Virus record (IMG/VR): IMGVR_UViG_3300020045_006138
Location: 1-26,922 of that record
Direction: 5' to 3' (one strand)
DNA: 26,922 bases
Source of the DNA: a virus
Lineage: Duplodnaviria; Caudoviricetes
Shown here: positions 9,813 through 16,845 of the stretch, piece after piece
Numbering within the stretch: position 1 is the first letter of the stretch
Layout: the number at the start of each line of letters is the position of its first letter
The notes under the pieces: generated by a model
Database searches by the model: none
Seen by the model: the letters and a program-made list of their open reading frames with translations, nothing else
Told to the model about the DNA's origin: nothing
Program-made: the position numbers and the translations under genes

Positions 9813-10010
9813 ATGGCAGAAAAAACAGATTACGAAATCAGTCAGGAAAACTGGGTAAAAGAACAGGAAAATTTAATTGATGTTATGCAGAATAATATTG
9901 ATTATTTGAAAAACGAAATACAACTAAAAACTATTTCGTTACAGTTGAACGTTATGTCTTTAAAGCACGAAAAGAAAGCTTTGGATAATTATTTATCAAA
10001 ACAAAAATAG
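9813..10010 (+). CDS. hypothetical coiled-coil protein (65 aa)
   Basis: ORF fills the gap between tube terminator and chaperone; A-rich leader; heptad-like pattern. Confidence 0.7.
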   Translation: MAEKTDYEISQENWVKEQENLIDVMQNNIDYLKNEIQLKTISLQLNVMSLKHEKKALDNYLSKQK

Positions 10011-10012
10011 CC

Positions 10013-10324
10013 ATGTCAGAACCTAAAAAAACATTACCAGCAAAAAAACCCACAACACTTGAAGGCATTGCTGACAGAAACATTTACCTTGAATTCGATT
10101 TACCAAGTGGTAAAAAATGCGTTATAAAACGCTTCAAAGGAAAACACGTACAGCAAGCGCAACGCCTTATGGATGCTAAATTAGGAGGCGAAGATTTTGC
10201 CGATTGTTTAGCTGCTATGCTTGTGGAGATAGATGGAAAGCCAGTTATTAAAGAGGATTTGCCAGAAATGGACGGAGTGGATTATTTAAAAATGATAACT
10301 CCTATTAATCAACTTTTTACATAA
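10013..10324 (+). CDS. tail assembly chaperone (P2 gpE / Mu gp41-like)
   Basis: 103 aa between tube and tape measure; LPSGK...KGKH...EDLPEMDGVDY. Confidence 0.85.
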   Translation: MSEPKKTLPAKKPTTLEGIADRNIYLEFDLPSGKKCVIKRFKGKHVQQAQRLMDAKLGGEDFADCLAAMLVEIDGKPVIKEDLPEMDGVDYLKMITPINQLFT

Positions 10325-10467
10325 CGCCAGAACAGTTAATTTTTCTGGCACACTTTTCAAGTACACCGCTAAACGTTATTTTTGAAATGGACGGAAACGA
10401 TATTCATTACTGGTTTGTTGAAGCGTTGAAGTTACACGAAAAAACGAACCCACCAGCAGAAACATAA
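10013..10467 (+). CDS. -1 frameshift-extended tail assembly chaperone (E+E'-like, ~151 aa)
   Basis: CTT TTT ACA TAA at 10313-24; the -1 frame is open for 49 codons (YITPEQLIFLAHFSSTPLNVIFEMDGNDIHYWFVEALKLHEKTNPPAET) to TAA 10465-67, resembling gpE'; hairpin at 10326-49. Confidence 0.8.
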
Positions 10468-10469
10468 AC

Positions 10470-10496
10470 CGCACCGATAACGGTTGCGATTTTTTT
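10470..10496 (+). terminator. probable attenuating terminator before tape measure
   Basis: CGCACCG-ATAA-CGGTTGCG (one bulge) then A and T7. Confidence 0.55.
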
Positions 10497-10508
10497 ATAT
10501 AAATAGAT

Positions 10509-12188
10509 ATGGCAAAAAAAACATTTGAAGTTGCGCTACTCCTTACAGCAAAGGATGAAGCAACACGCATTATCGCTGCTGCTGCTGCTCGACAACGGCA
10601 AATTATAGCAATGTCAGAGCGTGGAGACAGGGCTTTTGCAACGGGGAGAACTGCAGGAACTATTGGAATAGGAATTGCAGCCGCATTGGCATTACCGTTG
10701 AAAGCGGCTGCCGATATGGAATCAATGAATATCGCTTTGCAAACTTCTTTCCAGGGAAATCAAAAAGAAGCCAAAGCTGCTTTTGATGCAATTAATAAAT
10801 TCGCTGCAAAAACTCCCTATGGATTGGAAGAAGTCATGACTGGATTTATCAAGCTGAAAAATATGGGTCTTGATCCGTCCGAAGAGGCATTAACAGCTTA
10901 TGGAAATACAGCTTCAGCAATGGGTAAATCATTGAATGATATGGTTGAGGCGGTTGCCGATGCTGCAACAGGAGAGTTCGAGCGATTGAAAGAGTTTGGT
11001 ATAAAAGCCAAGTCCGAAGGCGAAAATGTGACGTTTATGTTCCAAGGCGTAAAAACTACGGTAGGTAAAAATTCCAAGGAAATTGAACAGTATCTGAAAT
11101 ACGTTGGAAATGTAAAATTTGCTGGAGGAATTGAAGCGCAATCGAAGTCTGTCAAGGGGATGCTTTCAACTTTGCGTGACGGTGTCGTAATGACCGCTTC
11201 CAAGGTCGGAACCGTGTTTATACCGAGGTTGAAAGAATTAATGAATCAAGTCACGCCTGTAATTGATAGGATTTCTAACTGGGTAAGCAAAAACCCTGGA
11301 CTAACCGAGGGGATTTTAAAAGCAGCAGCAGGCGCAATGGCTTTGAGTTTTGCAATTTCGGCAGCGGCTTTCGCATTTGGAGGTGTTTTTAAAGTGATTT
11401 CGGCAGGTATGGCAATAATGAATGCTTACCGAACTTTAATGATTACTGTAACGGCCGTTCAGACCGCAATGGCATTTTCTGCTATGTCTGGAGCGACTGG
11501 AATCGGAGTTTTGTCAGCAGCTTTAAAAGCGGCTAATTTAGCGTTCTTGACTTCGCCAATTTTTTGGGTAGTTGCTGCAATTGCGGTTTCTGCATTTTTG
11601 ATTATAAAATATTGGAAACCAATTTCTGCGTTCTTTAGCAATTTATGGACAGGAATTAAAGCGGTTTTTTGGAAAGCTATTGATTGGATCAAAGAATGGG
11701 GTTTATTATTTCTTGGACCGATTGGATGGATAATTAAAGCGTGGCAGTTAGTTCCAGATAAATTTAAAAATATCGGAACTGATATAGTAATGGGGCTTTG
11801 GAACGGAATAAAAGCAAAAGCGATGCAGTTGTTTGATTTCGTGAAAGGAATCGGTAAAGGCATAGCCAACGCATTTAAAACGGTTCTAGGCATCGCATCG
11901 CCTTCAAAAGTTTTTATGGATTATGGTGTAAATATAACCGAGGGAGCGCACAACGGAATTAAGAAAGGCGAATCGAAATTAGTCGGAGCTTCCAAAAATA
12001 TGGGTTCGTCGATAAAACCAGCGGCTTCGGGTCGTGGAGGTGGCGGTAATTCATCGGTAACCGTAAATTTTGCACCTGTAATTAATAGCGGTTCTGGCGA
12101 TGTGGCAACGCAGGTTAAAAATTTAATTCCTGAATTGATTCGACAAATTGAGGCGCAAATGCAAAGAAAAGCAAGATTAGCGTATTAA
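10509..12188 (+). CDS. tail tape measure protein
   Basis: FAAKTPYGLEEV...AVADAATGEFERLKEFGI tape-measure domain; Ala/Gly-rich region with periodic Trp/Phe; LGIASPSKVF. Confidence 0.95.
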   Translation: MAKKTFEVALLLTAKDEATRIIAAAAARQRQIIAMSERGDRAFATGRTAGTIGIGIAAALALPLKAAADMESMNIALQTSFQGNQKEAKAAFDAINKFAAKTPYGLEEVMTGFIKLKNMGLDPSEEALTAYGNTASAMGKSLNDMVEAVADAATGEFERLKEFGIKAKSEGENVTFMFQGVKTTVGKNSKEIEQYLKYVGNVKFAGGIEAQSKSVKGMLSTLRDGVVMTASKVGTVFIPRLKELMNQVTPVIDRISNWVSKNPGLTEGILKAAAGAMALSFAISAAAFAFGGVFKVISAGMAIMNAYRTLMITVTAVQTAMAFSAMSGATGIGVLSAALKAANLAFLTSPIFWVVAAIAVSAFLIIKYWKPISAFFSNLWTGIKAVFWKAIDWIKEWGLLFLGPIGWIIKAWQLVPDKFKNIGTDIVMGLWNGIKAKAMQLFDFVKGIGKGIANAFKTVLGIASPSKVFMDYGVNITEGAHNGIKKGESKLVGASKNMGSSIKPAASGRGGGGNSSVTVNFAPVINSGSGDVATQVKNLIPELIRQIEAQMQRKARLAY

Positions 12189-12190
12189 TG

Positions 12191-12225
12191 TTTGGTAGTT
12201 TAAAAATAATAATTATATTTGCGTA
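12191..12225 (+). promoter_or_regulatory. Bacteroidota consensus promoter (cassette 1)
   Basis: TTTG (12191-94), 19 nt, TATATTTG (12214-21); 31/35 identical to 14846-14880. Confidence 0.85.
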
Positions 12226-12241
12226 TAAAATAATAGAAATT

Positions 12242-12421
12242 ATGAAAGTAAAAATTGGAAATAAGATTTATGATTCAGAAAAAGAACCTATAATGTTAAT
12301 TTTGACAGACAAGGATAAAGAAAATATAAAGAATATGCATTCCGAAGCAACTAAATTTTGCTCTTATCCGGATGAAATGTTAGGTATAGACATTGAATTA
12401 TGGATGGATGACGATTGTTAG
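12242..12421 (+). CDS. hypothetical protein, moron-like cassette 1 (59 aa)
   Basis: MKVKIGNKIYDSEKEPIMLILT...WMDDDC; start reassigned to ATG 12242 downstream of the promoter; has its own terminator. Confidence 0.8.
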   Translation: MKVKIGNKIYDSEKEPIMLILTDKDKENIKNMHSEATKFCSYPDEMLGIDIELWMDDDC

Positions 12422-12435
12422 AAATGAACCTTGGA

Positions 12436-12468
12436 AAACCTCCTTAATTGGAGGTTTTTTTTATTTCA
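12436..12468 (+). terminator. intrinsic terminator (cassette 1)
   Basis: AAACCTCC-TTAATT-GGAGG-T8-ATTTCA; repeated at 15155-15186. Confidence 0.9.
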
Positions 12469-12482
12469 TAATGTATCTAAAA

Positions 12483-12503
12483 TTTTATTATATTTACAAA
12501 AAT
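12483..12503 (+). promoter_or_regulatory. recurring promoter-like motif TTTTATTATATTTACAAAAAT
   Basis: Identical to 2650-2670; would restart transcription after the cassette 1 terminator. Confidence 0.6.
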
Positions 12504-12510
12504 AAATTTT

Positions 12511-12639
12511 ATGAAAAACTTAAACAAAAAATTTATAATACTGTATTTTAATATAGGTGTTAATGTTATTGGGCTGCCTGAAATTCACAAACACGAAGTC
12601 GGTTATTTCAGCAAAAACGTTTCTAATTTTCATAAATAA
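12511..12639 (+). CDS. small hypothetical protein (42 aa), not in ORF track
   Basis: MKNLNKKFIILYFNIGVNVIGLPEIHKHEVGYFSKNVSNFHK; stop overlaps the next start (TAATG); ATG 7 nt after the promoter-like motif, same spacing as gpW. Confidence 0.5.
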   Translation: MKNLNKKFIILYFNIGVNVIGLPEIHKHEVGYFSKNVSNFHK

Positions 12640-13496
12640 TGTATGCACAATTAGGAAATATTCGTTTTGAAGGACTGAAAGGTTTTTCTAATTTCTCCCA
12701 CGAAAGAGGCGTGAATTATGCTCAACACGAATTAATTAACGGAAAACCTCGTTTACAAGCCGTTGGCGACAATCTCGACAGTATTTCATTTGGAATGTAT
12801 CTGCATTCTGAATTCACGAACCCAGAAGCCGATATTGATACGCTTAGAACCGCAATGCAAAACCGTGAAATTTTACCTTTGATTTTAGGCAATGGACGTG
12901 TTTTAGGTTTTTTCGTAATTCCGAGTTTTTCACAGGTAAATTCATTTACAGACCCGAAAGGAAATTTGATTGAAGTTACTGTATCGGTTGAATTACTTGA
13001 GAGTTTTACAGATGACCCACTTAGAGAAGCCGAATTACAAGCTATTCAACAAGCGTTTGCAACTTCCAACAGAAATTCAAACGTGCGATCCGTTTTGCCT
13101 GCCAAATTATCCAAAGGAATGACCGTTTCAACCGAAATTTCTAACATTCAAACATCGACTACCTTAACTGGAATTTACACCGCTAAAATAGCTGAAATTC
13201 CGAGTCGTTCAGAATATTGGAGTGGCAAGATAAACAAGTCACTTACTGATATTGAAGGCGGTTTGACTAATGTTCAATCGATATTATCCGATGCCTCGGA
13301 GTTGCAGGATATGGCTCAAAGTATGCCGGCAGCGATAAACGATGTTTATAACCGTGTTCAGGATATGAAAGCAGTTTTACCTATTTCTGACGTGAATTCA
13401 TTTAAAACGCTGAACCAACAATTGAATAGTTCGGTTTTAAATCTAAATTCGTCAAATTTAGAGATTTCAAATAATTCAATAATTCGCAGGATATAA
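12639..13496 (+). CDS. tail protein, P2 gpU-like tube initiator
   Basis: MYAQLGNIRF...YAQHELINGKPRLQAVGDNLD...GFFVI...VELLE, with a helical C-terminal extension. Confidence 0.88.
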   Translation: MYAQLGNIRFEGLKGFSNFSHERGVNYAQHELINGKPRLQAVGDNLDSISFGMYLHSEFTNPEADIDTLRTAMQNREILPLILGNGRVLGFFVIPSFSQVNSFTDPKGNLIEVTVSVELLESFTDDPLREAELQAIQQAFATSNRNSNVRSVLPAKLSKGMTVSTEISNIQTSTTLTGIYTAKIAEIPSRSEYWSGKINKSLTDIEGGLTNVQSILSDASELQDMAQSMPAAINDVYNRVQDMKAVLPISDVNSFKTLNQQLNSSVLNLNSSNLEISNNSIIRRI

Positions 13497-13717
13497 TGGA
13501 AAATTTCGTTGAATACGTGACTAAACAAGGCGACAGATGGGACACCATAGCCTTCAAAGCTTATGGGGATTCCACGCTTGTAAACGGAATTATTGAAGCG
13601 AATACCAGCATAATTATTTCGCCTATTTTAGAACCTGGTACACGTGTAATTGTGCCTATTTTAGAATCTGGAGAAATACAAATTGATAGTGAATTATTAC
13701 CACCTTGGAAACGATAA
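13496..13717 (+). CDS. tail protein X (P2 gpX, LysM-like)
   Basis: YVTKQGDRWDTIAFKAYGD...IIEAN...LPPWKR. Confidence 0.93.
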   Translation: MENFVEYVTKQGDRWDTIAFKAYGDSTLVNGIIEANTSIIISPILEPGTRVIVPILESGEIQIDSELLPPWKR

Positions 13718-13720
13718 TAA

Positions 13721-14845
13721 ATGAACGTACCAGCACCAAAATTTACCGTCTTATACAACAATAAAAACATAACTTCGGAAATATCGAAGTATATGCTTTC
13801 ATTGACATATACTGACAAGACCGAAGGCGAGAGCGACGAAATCGAAATCGAGGTGGAAGATGTTGATTTACGTTGGCAAAATAGCTGGTATCCAGAAAAA
13901 GGAGCAAAATTAACCGTATCGATAGAAAACTTAAAAACAGGCGTTTTTGAAATTGATGAAATTAACTTGGAAGGGCCGCCAGATGTTGTAACCATCCGAG
14001 GTATGGCAACAGGTATCGTGAACGATTTGCGAACCAAGAAATCAGATGCTCACGAAAACAAAACTTTGAAGCAAATAGCCGAAAAAGTTGCGTCCAAAAA
14101 TAAATTGATAATTCAAGGCGAGATTCCAGAAATAACATTCGGTCGTATCACCCAGAACAAAGAAACAGATTTGGGTTTTTTAAAGCGAATTTCACAGGAA
14201 TATGGGGTTTTGTTCGCTGTTCGTGAAAACACTATCACATTCACGTCTATTTATGACGTAGAAAAAAGAAATACCAGTTTTACCGTGGACAAATCCGAGA
14301 TTTCAAAATTTACATTCAAAGATAAAGCCGACGGAATGATAAAAACCGCATCGGTAAAATCGAAATCGGCTAAGAAAAACGAGCCTGTTACCGCTAATTT
14401 GGATTTTGAAAAATACAAACAGGAACAAGGATATTCAAGCGATACACCTGTGAATCAAGATGCAGGGATTACGCATACTAAAGCCGAAAACAAACAGCAA
14501 GCCGAAGCCAAAGCCAGAGCGATAATGCATCTTTCAGCATCTAACCAAATTGAAGGCAGTATTGATATTCAAGGCACCGTTTTAGCAGTTGCAGGAAATA
14601 ATGTTCAAGTGACTGGATTTGGTAAATTATCTGGAAAATTTCACATAAAATCAAGTTCCCATAAAATTGACAAATCGAGTGGTTACACGGTTTCTTTGGA
14701 AATGAAAAGACTAAATTTACCAACAAAAACCGAGCAAATTACCAAGAAAAAGAAAAAACAGCAGTCAAATAACGTGACCGTTAGAAATTTTAAATTTCCT
14801 GATAATAAATATCCTTACGGAAATCCAACAAAAATTCAGAATTAA
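13721..14845 (+). CDS. baseplate hub / late control protein D (P2 gpD-like)
   Basis: LTYTDKTEGESDEIEI, FEIDEINLEGPPD, TQNKETDLGFLKRI, HKIDKSSGYT. Confidence 0.92.
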   Translation: MNVPAPKFTVLYNNKNITSEISKYMLSLTYTDKTEGESDEIEIEVEDVDLRWQNSWYPEKGAKLTVSIENLKTGVFEIDEINLEGPPDVVTIRGMATGIVNDLRTKKSDAHENKTLKQIAEKVASKNKLIIQGEIPEITFGRITQNKETDLGFLKRISQEYGVLFAVRENTITFTSIYDVEKRNTSFTVDKSEISKFTFKDKADGMIKTASVKSKSAKKNEPVTANLDFEKYKQEQGYSSDTPVNQDAGITHTKAENKQQAEAKARAIMHLSASNQIEGSIDIQGTVLAVAGNNVQVTGFGKLSGKFHIKSSSHKIDKSSGYTVSLEMKRLNLPTKTEQITKKKKKQQSNNVTVRNFKFPDNKYPYGNPTKIQN

Positions 14846-14880
14846 TTTGTTAGTTTAAATTTAATTATTATATTTGCGTA
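14846..14880 (+). promoter_or_regulatory. Bacteroidota consensus promoter (cassette 2)
   Basis: TTTG (14846-49), 19 nt, TATATTTG (14869-76); 31/35 identical to 12191-12225. Confidence 0.85.
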
Positions 14881-14902
14881 ATATTAATTTAAAACTTATG
14901 TT

Positions 14903-15151
14903 ATGAGTAAATTTAGTAAAATAACAAGACATTGCTATATAGTTGAAAATCAAAATGGATTTAACAATGCTTTATATGATTATTTCAAAGACTATAAAAA
15001 AGAAAGCGTTAGAAAAATGGTTCAAGACTATCCTAAGTATTATCCCACAACTATCGTTATAGTAGATCAATCTTTTGAATGTAGTAGGGTGTATATAGAG
15101 TGTTTCGATATAAGAGATATTTCCCATCAATATCACGGGTTTTCCATTTAA
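14903..15151 (+). CDS. hypothetical protein, moron-like cassette 2 (82 aa)
   Basis: AT-rich ORF between gpD and gpV with its own promoter and terminator. Confidence 0.8.
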   Translation: MSKFSKITRHCYIVENQNGFNNALYDYFKDYKKESVRKMVQDYPKYYPTTIVIVDQSFECSRVYIECFDIRDISHQYHGFSI

Positions 15152-15154
15152 ATC

Positions 15155-15186
15155 AAACCTCCTTAATTGGAGGTTTTTTTATTTCA
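15155..15186 (+). terminator. intrinsic terminator (cassette 2)
   Basis: AAACCTCC-TTAATT-GGAGG-T7-ATTTCA; copy of 12436-12468. Confidence 0.9.
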
Positions 15187-15228
15187 AATCATATTATAAT
15201 TTATTCATTTTTTTTATATCTTTACAAA

Positions 15229-15900
15229 ATGCTAAGATTTGGAAACATAACCGAAGTTGACCCTGCCAAAGGATACGCCCGTGTGACGTTTACCGATGAC
15301 GGCATAGTTTCAGACTGGTTGCAAATTATTGTTAAAACAGCCTTAAACGATAAAGATTCGTTTACCTTCAATATAAATGAACAGGTGGCGTGTTTAATGG
15401 ATGAAAATAGCGAAGAAGGCGTAATTTTAGGAGCTATTTTTAACGATAAAAATTCTCCAAACGGTGGGGGAGTTGGAATTTTTAGAACCGTTTTCGATGA
15501 TAATTCAGTGATTGAGTACGATAGAAATTCACACAAATACACCTTGGATATTCAAGGCGAAATAAGCATAAAATCGAGTTCGACTGTAAATATTGAAGCG
15601 GTTACAGCTAATGTGAAGGCGAGCACAACGGCAAACGTGGAAGCATTAAATACAAACATTAAAGCCACAGCAATTGCGAAAATAGAAGCTCCAGTAATTC
15701 AATTAAACGGTGCTGTAGCGGTTTCGGGTGCAATCACGGTTTCGGGAACATTGACAGCTCCAGGAGGTGCCGCAATATCAGGAGATTTGAAAGCTACTGG
15801 AGACGTACAGGCTGGCTCAGGCGCAGGATTAGTTTCTCTTAAAACGCATAGGCATACAACAACAACAAACGGAAATCCAACTAGTACACCAATACCATAA
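15229..15900 (+). CDS. baseplate spike protein (P2 gpV-like)
   Basis: MLRFGNITEVDPAKGYARVTF...SDWL...EQVACL...GVILGAI; beta-helix repeats; C-terminal SLKTHRH (HxH metal tip). Start reassigned to 15229. Confidence 0.93.
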   Translation: MLRFGNITEVDPAKGYARVTFTDDGIVSDWLQIIVKTALNDKDSFTFNINEQVACLMDENSEEGVILGAIFNDKNSPNGGGVGIFRTVFDDNSVIEYDRNSHKYTLDIQGEISIKSSSTVNIEAVTANVKASTTANVEALNTNIKATAIAKIEAPVIQLNGAVAVSGAITVSGTLTAPGGAAISGDLKATGDVQAGSGAGLVSLKTHRHTTTTNGNPTSTPIP

Positions 15901-16334
15901 TGGCAACGAAATTAGAAGATATAAAAGCAACGAATTGGCAACTATCTAATCAAATGATTGGACAAGTTGTCGAGGGTATTGACGATATACGCCAATGTAT
16001 CGGTACTATTTTGACGAACACCAAAGGAAGTGACCCAATGAGGCCGTTATTCGGTTCTGATATTTGGCGATTTATCGACACGCCAATAAATACGGCTGTT
16101 GCTAATATTTCGGCCGAAATAATCGACTGCATCGGGAAATGGGAACAAAGGATTATCATCAAAGAATTGACTTATAATATTTCGGGAAGTAGAATTGATT
16201 TTGAATTAACTGCTGAATTATTGGAATCGGGTGAAATTACCCAAATATTATTTTTCATTGATAGACAAAAACAAATTGATCCCGCATCTATGGGCAGGGC
16301 ATTTAGTAATGGATTCGATTTTGGATTCTCTTAA
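15900..16334 (+). CDS. baseplate wedge subunit, gpW/gp25 family
   Basis: DDIRQCIGTILTNTKGSDPMRPLFGS...IGKWEQRI. Confidence 0.92.
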   Translation: MATKLEDIKATNWQLSNQMIGQVVEGIDDIRQCIGTILTNTKGSDPMRPLFGSDIWRFIDTPINTAVANISAEIIDCIGKWEQRIIIKELTYNISGSRIDFELTAELLESGEITQILFFIDRQKQIDPASMGRAFSNGFDFGFS

Positions 16335-16344
16335 ATTTTAAAAA

Positions 16345-16824
16345 ATGAGTACACCAACAGAAAGACAGAATCTAATAAATTCGCTAATAATCGACAACAA
16401 CACAGGACAGATTTCGCCAGCTAAAATGCGTGAAGTTTTAACAGCTTTGAATGTTGCTATCATTGTAACTGAACCATCGGGAGTTTCGGCAGTTTTGCCG
16501 TTGTCATATAGCAATTTTACAAATCAGTTTTCAATCGCTTTGGCGAGTTCATTGCAAGACGGGTATATTAGTAAAGAAGCGTTTTTAAAATTTGATACGG
16601 CAGCAACCGCCCCGCAAGCCAATAAAATCACTATCAAACATAAAGGCTGGTTTAATGGCGTGAAAAATACGTCTATTAATATCGAATTAGGCGATATTTG
16701 CCAAGGCTGGAATTCTGACCATACCGAATTTATGGAGGCTGGAAGATACATTTTATTGGGCGGAGACCAAGATTTTGAGAATTACGAAATACTAAGCTCT
16801 TATGGGGTGGCTTTAATACCTTAA
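16345..16824 (+). CDS. hypothetical protein, probably structural
   Basis: 159 aa in the tail operon; N-terminal INSLIIDNNTGQISPAKMREVL; product not recognised. Confidence 0.7.
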   Translation: MSTPTERQNLINSLIIDNNTGQISPAKMREVLTALNVAIIVTEPSGVSAVLPLSYSNFTNQFSIALASSLQDGYISKEAFLKFDTAATAPQANKITIKHKGWFNGVKNTSINIELGDICQGWNSDHTEFMEAGRYILLGGDQDFENYEILSSYGVALIP

Positions 16825-16845
16825 TTATTTTAATTATTTATTTTT

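Noticed and set aside
10575-10590. (GCT)n microsatellite in the tape measure gene
   Set aside because: Short in-frame poly-Ala run; no evidence of phase variation.
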